Source: Eledone cirrhosa
Lineage: Eukaryota
Assembly: GCA_964016885.1 (NCBI GenBank)
Contig: OZ024750.1
Coordinates: forward strand, 43,462,001-43,526,000
Direction: 5' to 3'
Length of the DNA stretch: 64,000 bases
The notes beneath the pieces were generated by a model. It was not told the DNA's origin and made no database searches. It saw only the letters and a list, made by a program, of their open reading frames with translations. Shown here in pieces: positions 16,220-29,469 of the stretch. A program made the translations under genes and the position numbers. The number at the start of each line of letters is the position of its first letter. The first letter of the stretch is position 1.

Positions 16220-16325
16220 TCTGGTCTAGCTCAAGTAAATGATACTTGAACCCAAGTCGATTATAAACCTCTTAAATCTCTGAACAACTCATACAAGGCT
16301 TCTTATAAGGGAGGCTCTTTAGTTT
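16220..16325 (-). pseudogene. Possible glutaredoxin-domain exon with in-frame TAA
   Basis: tttcctag|KLKSLPYKKPCMSCSEI*EVYNRLGFKYHLLELDQ|gtaggt. CxxC and LG..Y..LELD are in the glutaredoxin register. Confidence 0.4.
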
Positions 16326-16659
16326 CTAGGAAATTAAAGACCCCTTACCCCGCCCAAACCCCCCAAAACAAACAAGCAAAAAAAAACTAACAAACAAAAC
16401 AAAACAAAAAAGCTAAAAAGGCCATAAAAAATCAGAAAAAGAAAGGGTCTAGAACAAAGGGTAAATATTGATAATGATAAAGAAACAAAAACTGTTTCGT
16501 CCATTACCCCCCCCCCCTACACTCTACAAGACTAATTAGAAAAATTGGATTAAAAAAAGTCAACTGATTAAGGATCCTTTTATATTATTTTCTTTTTGTG
16601 TGTAAAACCACACGTGTTCCGCAACTTATGTGTACTTGCCAGACCTTTCTAGGGCTAAT

Positions 16660-18315
16660 TTCACTCTCTGCTCTCTCTCCCTCTCTCTCTGCTCCCCCTC
16701 TCTGCTCCTTTCTCTTTGGAAATATCTCACCCCTCTCTCCGCCTCTCTCTCCTCTCTGCTTTTTCCTCTTTGGAACTCTCATCCCTCTCTCTGCTCTCTG
16801 TCTCTCTCTTCTCTTTTCCCCCTCTCTGCTCCTTCCTCTTTGGAACTCTCTCATCCCTCTCTCTGCTCTCTGTCTCTTCTCTTTTCCTCCTCTCTGCTCC
16901 TTCCTCTTTGCAACTCTCTCATCCCTCTCTCTGCTCTCTGTCTCTTCTCTTCTCCCCCTCTCTGCTCCTCTTCTTTGCAACTCTCACACCCCTCTTTCTG
17001 CTCCCTCTCTCCTCTCTGACTACACCTCCCCCCTTTGCATTCAGTGTTCCCATCTATCCCTCTCTGCACCCCCTCTCTGTCCTCCTCCTACTACTATCTG
17101 CCTCCCTTCCCCCTCTCTCTCTATGCTCCTCGTAGCACTCCCTCTTCTCCTCTATCCCTCTGCTACTCCTCTCTATCTTCCCCCTCTTTTCCTCTCCCAC
17201 CCCTCTTTGCCACACTTCATTTCTTTTCTTGTTGCTTTCATATTTCTCGTTTTCTTTCATGTTTTCTGTATTTCCACCTCTCCCCATCACTCACCCCTCC
17301 CTCCTCAAGTACTTCCCTCTTTCTCCCCATTCACCTCCTCCTCTCACCCTCTTCACCTCCCACCCTCATCCTTCACCTCCCACTCTGTCTTTTGTTTCCT
17401 TAATTGCATTTGTTGCTGCTATTGTCTTTCTCTAATGTTACCCCCTCCCCCTTAACCTCCCTCCTCTATCTCCCCCTCTCTCCTTCTCGCACCATCTCTG
17501 CCTCTCTCTAATACTATCCACCCTCTCTACCCCCTCCTCTCTTCCTCCTATCTCCACCTCTCTTTCTCCTATCCCCCTTCTGTATCTCCCCATCTCTCTT
17601 TCTTTCACCATCTCTGTCTTTTTCTAATGCTATCCACTCTCTCTCTCCTCTCTGTCTCCTAACTCCCCCTCCTATCTCCCCCTCTCTCTTCTTTCTCTAT
17701 CTCTGTCTTTCTCACTTCAACGCTAGATGTCACTGTTAGTTTCCAATACAGATTAGACTGCGGCAGTAACAGGAGAAGGAAGGACTAGATACATATTTAG
17801 GGTAGAGTTGGGACTGAACACCTGTAGAGTTGGGAGAGACGGAGGGAGAGCGAGGGAGGTAGAGGGAGAGGGGGAGAGGGAGAGGGAGAGGGAGAGAGGG
17901 AGAAGGAGGGAGGGAGAGAGGTAGAGGGAGATAGAGAGAGAGAGAGTGGGAGGAAGAGAAAGAAAGAGAGAGATAGAAGAAAGGAGAGAGAGAAAGAGGG
18001 AGAGAGAAAGAGAAAGAGAAAGAGAAAAAGAAAGAGAAAAAGAAAGAGAAAAAGAAAGAGAGAAAAAGAGAGAAAGATGGATAGAAAGAGGGAGAGATAG
18101 AGAGGGAGCGAAAGAAAGAGAAAGAGAGAAAGATGGAGAGAGAAAGAGGGAGAGATAGAGAGGGAGAGAGAGAAAGAGAGAAGTAGAGAGAGAAATATAT
18201 ATATAGAGAGAGAAAGATAGAGAGATAGAGAGAGAGAGGGAGCGCGAGAAAGAGGGAGAGAGAGAGAGAGCGCGAGAAAGAGGGAGAGAGGGAGAGATAA
18301 AGAGAGAGTAAGAGA
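16660..18315. repeat. CT-rich then GA-rich low-complexity tracts
   Basis: Direct inspection; a short unique island lies at 17710-17835. Confidence 0.9.
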
Positions 18316-18618
18316 TAGTTTATATCAATGACACAGGTGAACAGCTCAGTGAAGTATTTTAATATTATAAGATGTAAATTATCATCTGTTACTTAAGTCC
18401 AACGTGAATTATTGAGAGAAGGAGAGGGTGAGAGGTGAGTGTGGTTGGGAACAGGTAACCCTTAGTTCTTGGATCTAGTGTTGGGACTTTATTTTATGGA
18501 ACCCAGACGTTAAATCTGGTATTGTTGTCTACAGTAAGATTTGAACCTGATATACAGATATCACGAAACTATAAAACGTGTAGCCCAACACCTTAACCTA
18601 TTGTTGATTCTATAATAT

Positions 18619-18655
18619 ACTAGCAGCCACACCTGGCTTTGCCCGGCTTTGTTAA
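18619..18655 (+). mobile_element. Possible non-autonomous Helitron/Helentron-like terminus
   Basis: ACTAGC start followed by a small CCTGGCTTTGCCCGG hairpin; resemblance only. Confidence 0.3.
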
Positions 18656-19433
18656 TACCTAAATTAAATAGATTCCAACAAATTCATTATATTTTTGATA
18701 AATTTCTTTAAAAGATGCTGAAAATCTTTAGAATTGTTTATTCCATCAATCTAAAACAAAGGTTCTAAAACAAAGTGGGCTCCACTGCGCCGCGGGGGGC
18801 GTTGAGTAGGTCCAGGAAGCGCTGGGGCTTAGGGGGGCAGTGGGAGAGGAAGAGCGGTAGAAATGATGTAATAGTATATTAAATATCAAATTATACATAT
18901 ATCGTATGGTAAAATAAAAAATATATAATATTCATTTATACGTAGTATATATTATATTATTTGTCATATATAAATTAACGATTTTATTTATATATTATTT
19001 ACAATTTGCGTGTAGTCAGGTCTCTCTGGAAATAGGGTTAAGGGCACTGGGGATATTACGTGGCCATGAGGGGCATTACGTGGCCATGAGAACCTTTGAG
19101 CTAAAAGATGATTCATCAAAAGTTGCGCGACATAAAAATGCCTAAAAAATAAACAAATAAATACAGAACCTGAAATACATTTTCCTCTGGGAAAATATTT
19201 GTTTTTCAAAATACTGTAATAATTTATATGATTATTCTAAATTAATTATTTTTCTAATCAGTAATGTTTATTGGTAGGCTTGAAGTTACACAATATTTGA
19301 AACTTTACTAGGAGGGGTTAAAAAAAAAGAAATTTCATTAAAAACTCATTTAACCAACATTCTCCCTGTTAAAACTCTGGCTTATATGTTGGGACTTACA
19401 TATCTACATTTATATTTCCTGAATATATATAAG

Positions 19434-19620
19434 GGCGGTGAATTGGCAGTATCGGTAGAGGGTTGGACGCCATGTTTTCTAGCATAGTTACGTCCCTTTA
19501 CAGTCTGAGTTCAAATCCCGCCGAGGTTAACTTTGCCTTTCATCCTTACGGGGTCGATAAAATAAAGTACCAGTAATGTACTGGTTAATTGCTGACCTTG
19601 TGCCTAAAGTAGAAACAATT
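19434..19620 (+). mobile_element. Full-length tRNA-derived Meta-domain SINE (octopus OK-like)
   Basis: A-box-like TGGCAGTATCGG, B box GTTCAAATCC, Meta-like domain, 3' end GTAGAAACAATT. Confidence 0.88.
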
Positions 19621-19639
19621 ATTATATACATATATATGA

Positions 19640-20406
19640 TGGACTCTCCTGTCGTGTATCGACGTATTAGGGTTCAACAGTTTTCCTCGTTCAATTTTTC
19701 ATGTTTATGCCTTAAACAGCACTTCAGTGCAGCTGCTGGGCTGCACAAAAAGTCGCATTTAGTGCAGATGCCAGGACTTTGAGCCGAGCAGAATAGCACA
19801 CTTGATCGGATCATGGTGTTAGATGTTAGATCACGAAGTGGGATGAGACGAGATTTTTCACAGTTCTGCATACCTTCCTAGCAGACAGTTCTCCATTCCC
19901 CATGGTCAGCAGCTAGGGCTTCTAAAGAAATGAAAGGTATATTCACATCTTTAAGATTGTACCTTAGTTTGCCGTTAAATCTGAGTAATGGTCTTCCTGC
20001 ATTATGTGCACCATTAAGGAGTTGACTGTATAATAGTACCTTGGGTATGTGGTCCTCTGTTATCTGTAGGACATGACCAGCCCATCTGAGTTGGGATTGC
20101 ATCAGAAATTACTCAATCCGGCTAATGTTGCATTGCATGAATAGGTCGCCATTGGAGATTCTATCAGAAAGTGTATAACCGCAGATAGAGCGAAGACAAT
20201 GTTTGTGGAAGACATCAAGCCTGTAAATGTGGTGCGATTAAATGTGTTTTCAGCACCTCGGCCCGATAAATTGTAACTTTCGTTTTCAGGGATATTCCTC
20301 TGACACCCCGTAGACGTTGATGAAGTTTGTCACAGGCTTCAGGTGCTTTAGAGATGCGATTGAGGATCTCATCATCCAGGGACGAGGAGCTACTTAGCTT
20401 GCTGCC
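19640..20406 (-). mobile_element. RTE-clade LINE 3' fragment
   Basis: QLRWAGHVLQITEDHIPKVLLYSQL...GRPLLRF...LEALAADHGEWRT is a typical RTE ORF C-terminus; degraded. Confidence 0.9.
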
Positions 20407-20534
20407 ATATATATATATATATAGTTTCAGGAGACAACGAACGGAGGTACAAATTGTCTTATTAGTTTGACGCTTTATATCAGAAATTTCGACGTGTCGG
20501 CCTAAGCCTTTCTTCAGGGGGACAATATATATAC

Positions 20535-20577
<43 letters not shown>

Positions 20578-20579
<2 letters not shown>

Positions 20580-20966
20580 GGATACTATTTATGGTTATGT
20601 ATATACTAAAACTTTTTATAGTTATATATATTTTAAACCCTAAACAGGGAAGGTCAGTAATTTATTATTGCCTTATTACAAGTAAGATAAATAGCTCGAT
20701 GTAATAACATCAGTTGTTCTACAGAGCAGTTATATAGAATTCACAAGAATCAAAGCTATGTTCAAAGCATTTATTCACTTACAATTGTTTCATCCAAACC
20801 TAGGCTTGGAGTCTTCGGAGCATTTTTCAATGTTTGTACACATAATAGGTCAATTATGTGTACAAACATTGAAAAATGCTCCGAAGACTCCAAGTCTAGG
20901 TTTTGATGAAACAATTGTAAATGAATAAATGCTTTCAACATAGCTTTGATCCTTGTGAATTCTATA
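20578..20966. mobile_element. PLE-type hairpin (family E) with one-sided tail
   Basis: About 113-bp inverted arms 20733-20966, tail 20578-20732, TA-flanked, hammerheads in both arms. Confidence 0.75.
20776..20822 (-). ncRNA. Minimal hammerhead, family E (CCGAAGA variant; second copy + 20877-20923)
   Basis: UGCU-CCGAAGA-stem II UCCAAGCC/GGUUUGGA-GAAA-C(AAUU)G-UA^-AGUG. Confidence 0.65.
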
Positions 20967-20977
20967 CGTATATATAT

Positions 20978-21318
20978 AATATTATAATGAAATGACAGGA
21001 GGCAGGACTTGTGTAAATCCTTGAAAGGTTTATTATACTATGATCATTTCAATGACCGGGTTCCGTATGAATCCGGTGATATTATCAGGTATGATACGGA
21101 ACCCGGTCATTGAAATGATCATAGTATAATAAACCTTTCAAGGATTTACACACGTCCTGCCTCCTGTCATTTCATTATAATATTTAACTCCGTACTAGCA
21201 CCACCAACTACAAAAACAAAGACGGTTGAGCTGCTTTACGTTGAGTACTCTCCATATTATTACATTAAGAGTGACCATACGGAATTGACCAGCTCTATCT
21301 AGTGGTGAACCTCAAACC

Positions 21319-21322
<4 letters not shown>
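20978..21322. mobile_element. PLE-type hairpin (family F) with tail; hammerhead with mutated core at - 21031-21096
   Basis: About 90-bp inverted arms 20978-21184. UAUCAUAC-CUGAUAA-stem II-GAAA-U(GAUC)A-UA^-GUAUAAUA. Confidence 0.7.
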
Positions 21323-21358
<36 letters not shown>

Positions 21359-21516
21359 CATTATCGGAGAAAGCTAATAGCGATACTCCGGCCAAATACC
21401 AACTCACTCAACAAACGTTAGGAAATAAGTGAGTATATTCCTAATTAAACGTTCGGGGTGCTAACTAATTGTATTGTGTGGAAAATTGGGTGTATTATTT
21501 CATATGAGATATATCA

Positions 21517-21547
<31 letters not shown>

Positions 21548-21665
21548 ATGTCCGTGATCTCGTGCAGACAACTGAAGAAGGGATTGTCCCCCCGTTTGTG
21601 CTTTCCTTTTATTTTTAAATACAGTTTATCAAGTAACCATACAGCCCCCTGTTTCTTCCAAAATG

Positions 21666-21719
<54 letters not shown>

Positions 21720-21795
21720 GTTATTCCGGGTTGAATTGGAGGTAACCACAGTAAGTAAGGTACTCAATACATAGTAGAGTATAAAAGTTTTAATA

Positions 21796-21844
21796 GAGAT
21801 TCCTGATGATTTCTAAAGAATGAAACAGTTCTAGTCCTGTAGAA

Positions 21845-21848
<4 letters not shown>
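21796..21848 (+). ncRNA. Canonical type-I hammerhead ribozyme (family G)
   Basis: GAGAUUC-CUGAUGA-U UUC(UAAA)GAA U-GAAA-CAG(UUCUAGUC)CUG-UA^-GAAUCUC; perfect 7-bp stem I. Confidence 0.88.
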
Positions 21849-21938
<90 letters not shown>

Positions 21939-22135
21939 ATATGTTTACAACAAATGTCCTCTCAAATAACAGCCAGTTGACTTAAAAAAGGAAAGATACA
22001 TTAAATTAAACAGGATGGTTGATTACACATAACTAACAAAATATATATAATTCTACAATTGTTGCTATAGAAAAGTATATTGACATCTGAAAGTTGTGAT
22101 TTGGCTATTTAATTTTAAATAGTTCGATTTGTCAT

Positions 22136-22210
22136 GGACCCTTGACTCAATGGTCTTAAGCGCCAGGCCTGTATCTTGGAGATATGGGGTTCGATTCCTC
22201 ATAGTGGCTG
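22136..22210 (+). mobile_element. tRNA-like SINE head (degenerate)
   Basis: A-box-like TGACTCAATGG and B box GGTTCGATTCC; no proper acceptor stem. Confidence 0.55.
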
Positions 22211-22379
22211 ATGCCAATATTTTCCCGTCTTTAAGCCTCATTTATAAGTCATATCATAGCATCTCCGTGCATGAACATATTCTTTATATTAACAATAAAT
22301 TATAGTTTTGTTTGTTATTTAACGTGATATATAATACATTATCATGTGGGTAATAAATATATTTCTAATTTTCCCAACA

Positions 22380-24375
22380 AGGACGGGCGACAACTCCTGT
22401 CATGTTCAAGTCTTATTCTCACCTCGTCAGTAAAACACAACCTTCACCGTACTTACCGAAGTAGTGACAAACAAATAATCATAAAGCTATACACAATTCT
22501 ACATTTGTTGTTACATAGAGAAGTATATTTTCTAAATGACAATAAATATACATTTGTTTACCATGTAGTACGGTAGGACGGTGGACAACTCCTGTCATAT
22601 TCCAGTCTTATTCTCACCTCATCAGCAAAACAACCACAACAATATACACAATTCTACATTTGTTGTTATATAGAGAAGTATATTTTCTAAACGCCAATAA
22701 ATATAGATTTTTGTATTATGTTCTACGGTGGAAAAATCCTGTCCTATTCCAGGCTATTCTCACCTCGTCAGTAAAATATAACCTTTACTGTACTTACCGA
22801 AGTAGTGACGAACAAATAACCATAAACATATACAGTTCTACATTTGTTGTTATATAGAGAAGTATATTTTCTAAACGCCAATAAATATAGATTTTTGTAT
22901 TATGTTCTACGGTGGAAAAATCCTGTCCTACTCCAGGCTTATTCTCACCTCGTCAGTAAAATATAACCTTTACTGTACTTACCGAAGTAGTGACGAACAA
23001 ATAACCATAAACATATACAGTTCTACATTTGTTGTTATATAGAGAAGTATATTTTCTAAACGCCAATAAATATAGATTTTTGTATTATGTTCTACGGGTG
23101 GAAAAATCCAGTCCTACTCCAGGCTTATTCTCACCTCGTCAGTAAAACATAAACTTTACTGTACTTACCGAAGTAGTGACGAACAAATAACCATAAACAT
23201 ATACAGTTCTACATTTGTTGTTATATAGAGAAGTATATTTTCTAAACGCCAATAAATATAGATTTTTGTATTATGTTCTACGGTGGAAAAATCCTGTCCT
23301 ACTCCAGGCTTATTCTCACCTCGTCAGTAAAATATAACCTTTACTGTACTTACCGAAGTAGTGACGAACAAATAACCATAAACATATACAGTTCTACATT
23401 TGTTGTTATATAGAGAAGTATATTTTCTAAACGCCAATAAATATAGATTTTTGTATTATGTTCTACGGTGGAAAAATCCTGTCCTACTCCAGGCTATTCT
23501 CACCTCGTCAGTAAAATATAACCTTTACTGTACTTACCGAAGTAGTGACGAACAAATAACCATAAACATATACAGTTCTACATTTGTTGTTATATAGAGA
23601 AGTATATTTTCTAAACGCCAATAAATATAGATTTTTGTATTATGTTCTACGGGTGGAAAAATCCTGTCCTACTCCAGGCTTATTCTCACCTCATCAGTAA
23701 AACAAAACGTTTACTGTACTTACCGAAGTAGTGACGAACAAATAACCATAAACATATACAGTTCTACATTTGTTGTTATATAGAGAAGTATATTTTCTAA
23801 ACGCCAATAAATATAGATTTTTGTATTATGTTCTACAGGTGGAAAAATCCTGTCCTACTCCAGGCTTATTCTCACCTCATCAGTAAAACAAAACGTTTAC
23901 TGTACTTACCGAAGTAGTGACGAACAAATAACCATAAACATATACAGTTCTACATTTGTTGTTATATAGAGAAGTATATTTTCTAAACGCCAAGAAATAT
24001 AGATTTTTGTATTATGTTCTACGGGTGGAAAAATCCTGTCCTACTCCAGGCTTATTCTCACCTCATCAGTAAAACAAAACGTTTACTGTACTTACCGAAG
24101 TAGTGACGAACAAATAACCATAAACATATACAGTTCTACATTTGTTGTTATATAGAGAAGTATATTTTCTAAACGCCAATAAATATAGATTTTTGTATTA
24201 TGTTCTACAGGTGGAAAAATCCTGTCCTACTCCAGGCTTATTCTCACCTCGTCAGTAAAACATAACGTTTACTGTACTTACCGAAGTAGTGACGAACAAA
24301 TAACCATAAACATATACAGTTCTACATTTGTTGTTATATAGAGAAGTATATTTTCTAAACGACAATAAATATACA
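22380..24375. repeat. About 185-bp tandem array, about 11 units
   Basis: ATTCTCACCTC recurs at about 22415, 22610, 22756, 22941, 23127, 23312, 23496, 23682, 23868, 24054 and 24240. Confidence 0.97.
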
Positions 24376-24561
24376 TTTGTGTACTATATAGCAGCATAAC
24401 CAATATAATATCATGTGATGTTCTGGCTGACAAGCGATGTACATCAGAAACTACTCAAGTGGAAATTATTTCAACTTATTTCTACAGATGAAATCATGGC
24501 GAAGAGGTAAATTGATACATTTTTTCATTCTTTTCGTATGCTCATTCCGATTAGAAATGAA

Positions 24562-24594
<33 letters not shown>

Positions 24595-24725
24595 TGTATG
24601 TATGTATGTATGTATGTATGTATGTATGTATGTATGTATGTATGTATGCATGTAGTGTGTTTATGTATGTATGTATAATATATATATATGCATATATACA
24701 TACACATATGCTCTCTCTCTCTCTC

Positions 24726-24839
<114 letters not shown>

Positions 24840-25351
24840 GTGATATGAATTTCGGCTATACAATCACAAGTTTGTCAAAATATTGCATTTATGTATATTT
24901 ATATGATTTTTAGCTCCTCCTCCCCTTCCTCCTCCTACTACTACTACTACTACTATTGCTACTACTATTTCCTCACCACCGCCACATTCTTTCATCGTCA
25001 TCATTATCTTCCTTAACTTTCTTACCCCCACCATCACCACCACCCACCACCACCACCATCATCATCATCATCACCATCACCATCATCACCATTACCACCA
25101 TCATCACTTCCACCTCCAGCACCATCATCATCATCAACATCATCGTCACCACCACCACCACCACCACCACCACCACCACCACCACCACCACCACCACCAC
25201 CACCACCACCACCACCACCATCATCACCACCATCATCATCATCATACTCATCATTCTCATCATCATCATCATCATCATCAACACCACGACGGCCATCATC
25301 ATTATAACTTTTTTCTTTCATTTTTTTTTCTTTTCTTTTACTTTTTCCTCT

Positions 25352-25390
<39 letters not shown>

Positions 25391-26872
25391 TTAATTTTTA
25401 CCTTTCATATTTCAAAAGGTATTTATGCTCGAATCAGTTAAGTGATGTCAATAAAAAATGAAACATCTTTCAGTAAAAGGGGCAAAGGAATGACGAAATG
25501 ATCTTAGAAGGTTATCACATCTTTATGTGAAAGAACAACTTAAAGGGAAAGCGGCTGTGTACTAAGTTACACTGACAAAAAATGAGAAGATAATGGTAGC
25601 ACTTTGAGTAAGAGTAATTCGGCAATTTGTTCAGTGAATCGGCTCCGATGACATTCCATGTCATACGAATGAAAAATGAAGAAAAAAAACTTATAGAGAA
25701 AGAGTCAGAGGAGGTATATATATAAAAAAAAAGAATGCTTTCACGCGATTAAAGACAATTTTCGACAATTTCACACACAATCCTAATTCACACTATTATT
25801 CTTCTTATTATTATTAATAAAAATATCATTGTCGCCATTTTTTTTTTTTACTAGATCTTCAAAATAACATTATCGGCCGTCTATTATAACGAAGCGATTT
25901 TCTTTTATTAATGTTGTTGGTATTGATGTTGTTGTTTTTATTGTTGATATTGTTGATATTGTTGATATTGTTTTATTTAAAATTTTCCATATAGACACAA
26001 TATGTATGATTATCCTTATTGTTGTTGTTGTTGTTGCTTTTGTTGTTGTTATCGTTGTTGTTTATTTCTTATTCTATCCGGATACAAAATGGCGATTGTT
26101 GTTTTCTGCAATACATATTTAGTTAAAACGCCATAACGACATTTTGGGATGGTTAAATAATTTGAAACTAGTTTTTATCTGTGTGTGCTTCGTAGTTTTT
26201 TCCTCATATTTGTTTAATAGCTTAAACTGACTTCTACCACCATGAAAATTGCTTATGATTGTATAAGTTATATATAGTTTTTGTTGACACTTTGCACACT
26301 ATTTGTTCATTTTGTTAAATATATTTATTTATTTATAATTTTATATATATTTTTGTTTATGTAACTATAAATCTTAAATTTATTATTGAATATTTTTATT
26401 TAAATATTTTATTAGTTGTCTATGTGATTTTATATTGTTTGTTTATATTTTTATACATTAAATTTTTTATTTATTTTCTTTATTATTAAATGTATTTATT
26501 CATTTATTTAAAACTTTATATATTTTTGTGTATGTTTCTATATATTTTGCATCTTTTGTTAAATATATTTCTTTGAATATTTACTTATTTATTTATTTAT
26601 ATTATTTTATATAGTGTTTGCCTAAATTTTTATATAATGTTTATTTTTTATTTTGTTAAATATTTATATATTTAAATATATATATATATATAATGTATAT
26701 ATATATAAATATTTATATATATATATATATATAATGTATATATATATAAATATTTATATATATATATATATATAATGTATATTGTATATATATAAATATT
26801 TATATATATATATATATATATGTAATGTATATATATAAATATATATATATATATATAATGTGTATATATAAA

Positions 26873-26924
<52 letters not shown>

Positions 26925-26953
26925 TTTATATATATATATATATATATATAATG

Positions 26954-27017
<64 letters not shown>

Positions 27018-27069
27018 TTTATATATATATATTTATATATATATATATATATAAATATTTATATATATA

Positions 27070-27141
<72 letters not shown>

Positions 27142-27374
27142 TATATTTATTTATCGATTTCAATGTGAGCAATTTACGGCTGGATGACTTATACACCAAA
27201 AACACAATAATGTCAGATCTGATGAAGAAATAAACAGTCCTGAAACTACACACACGCATATATATATATATATATATATACACATACATACATACATACA
27301 TATATACATATATACATACATATATAAATATATATACATACATACATGCATAGATACGTAGAAACATACATATA

Positions 27375-27437
<63 letters not shown>

Positions 27438-27809
27438 CATACGTGCATGCATAATATATGCATACATATATACATACATTCTTACAAATATACATTGGTA
27501 CATACATACAAACATACAAACATACATATATACATACATATATAGATAAGTACAAACACATTCTCACATATATAGATAAAAACATATATACATACATACA
27601 TACACGTATACATACATAGATGTGTATATAATACTTAAATACATATATAGGCATACACGTGTTTGTGTAGTGAATTTCATGCATGAAGATTTAAACGGAA
27701 ACCAAAATACAAAAGAAGAAGAAGAAGAAGAAGAAGAAGAAGAAGAAGAAGAAGAAGAAGAAGAAGAAGATATGTTTGTTTTAAACACCAAACATAAATG
27801 AACAGATAT

Positions 27810-28492
27810 GTCGTTGTTGTTGTTGTAGTTGTTGTTGTAGTGGTGGTGGTAGTGGTGGTGGTGGTAGTGGTAGTGTTAGTTGTTTTAGTGGTGTTGGTGA
27901 TAGTGGTAGCGTTAGTTGTTGTAGTGGTGGTGGTGATAGTGGTAATTTTTGATGGTTATGTGATGGTGGGTGTAGTGGCGTTTGTGGTGGTTGTAGTGGT
28001 GGTTGTTATAGTGGTAACGTTTGATGGTTGAGGTGATGGCGGGGGTAGTGGTGTTTGTCGTGGTTGTAGTGGTGGTGGTGGTAGTGGTTATGTTTGATGG
28101 TTTAGGTTATGGTGGGGTTAGTGGCGTTTGTGGTGGTTGTAGTGGTGGTGGTGGTAGTGTTGGGGTTGGTGGTGGTGGTAGTGTTGTGGGCGGTTGTGAT
28201 GGTGGTAGTGTTGTTGTTGTTGGCGGTAGTGTTGGGGTTGGTGGTGGTAGTGTTGGGGGTGGTGGTGGTGGTTGTGTTGGGGTTGGTGGTGGTGGTAGTG
28301 TTGGGGGCGGTTGTGGTGGTGGTAGTGTTGTTGTTGGTGGTAGTGTTGGGGTTGGTGGTGGTGGTGGTAGTGTTGTTGTTGTTGTTGTTGGTGGTAGTGT
28401 TGGGGTTGGTGGTGGTGGTGGTAGTGTTGTTGTTGTTGGTGGTGGTGGTAGTGTTGGGGTGGTGGTGGTGCTGGTGGTAGTGTTGGGGGTGG
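27810..28492. repeat. (GGT/GTT)n low-complexity repeat
   Basis: Direct inspection. Confidence 0.95.
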
Positions 28493-28639
28493 TTCAGTTA
28501 TTTTTTATACTAAATAAACTAGACTTGAAGAACAATCCAGATGGAAAAAAGAGAATATTCTGTTTGAAAATATTGAGTTTTGATTGGTTCATTTTAAAAG
28601 TTTTTTCTTGAATTTTAATAAAATAAATGATTAAATTGA

Positions 28640-29092
28640 ATTAAGTTATATGGATTCAACTGTCCCTCAGCCGATGTCTGCTGTCATAGAAAATAGAAGA
28701 GGGAGACCAATTGTGCATCTGTGAAAGTTTAGCTCCCACCCTCGCCCCACTCCATCTAGCTGCAATTAACAAAAAAAAAACAATCTATGCAAAACTTTAG
28801 CCCAAGCAGACAACTCAAGGCGATCCTCATCAACCGTGAAATTTTGAAGTTTTCGCCTGGAAAGCCATTTTTTCAGATAAAAACTTTTTATCTCATATAA
28901 TTTTCTCTTAAATTAAAAACTTCTTCACACTTATTCTTGGTATTAGAAGGATAAGTGACAATAAATATAATGGGGAAGGCAACTTGCAAAGCTGGAGACA
29001 GAGCGCAGGTAGAGGGCAAACACCTATTTTACGCCGTGAGAGCAGCAACATTTTAACTTTCGGAAAATTACCTATTGCTAAGGGCCACCCTA
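28640..29092 (-). mobile_element. Terminal fragment of hATm-like DNA transposon (TIR 29040-29092)
   Basis: About 50-bp end ...AAGGGCCACCCTA matches 30642-30691 but has different internal sequence. Left boundary uncertain. Confidence 0.55.
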
Positions 29093-29149
29093 ATATACAT
29101 ATATCCGTATGTGGTTGACAGCTGAGAGAAATGAGTACTCGGTATTGAG

Positions 29150-29188
<39 letters not shown>

Positions 29189-29469
29189 TACATATGATAT
29201 GTATGTATATACTCTCCTTACTATCCTTGCTTTCGTATTTGTCCTTGCTCCCTTTTTCTCATTGTATTTGTATATAAACAAGTACATAGACACAAGGAGG
29301 GAGGGAGTGAGAGGAGAAAAGGAGAGCAATGAGAAAAGGAGATCAGGGAGAGCAAGAAGATAAGGAGAAAAGGAGAGCAAGGAGAGGGAGGAGAGCAAGG
29401 AGAACAAGGATAAAAGGAGAGCAAGGAGAAAAGGAGAGCAAGGATAAAAGGGGAGTAAGAAGAACAAGG

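Noticed and set aside
21565-21670. CTGAAGA-containing TA-flanked island as a hammerhead
   Set aside because: No GAAA at the matching position; at best a truncated remnant.
22136-22210. Functional tRNA gene (also 59083-59150)
   Set aside because: A and B boxes are present but the cloverleaf and acceptor stem do not form; better explained as SINE heads.
22380-24375. 185-bp array (and the 74-bp and 28-bp arrays) as CRISPR
   Set aside because: Whole units repeat with no unique spacers; no cas genes; eukaryotic context.
25640-25700. CCGATGA...GAAA hammerhead-like core
   Set aside because: No credible stem III/NUH or stem I pairing.
25825-26100. YY1-like AAAATGGCG motifs as a promoter (also 63874)
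   Set aside because: Short motifs with no associated gene or other support.
27212-27250. CTGATGA...GAAAC hammerhead-like core
   Set aside because: Stem II barely pairs and the 3' strands of stems I and III are absent.
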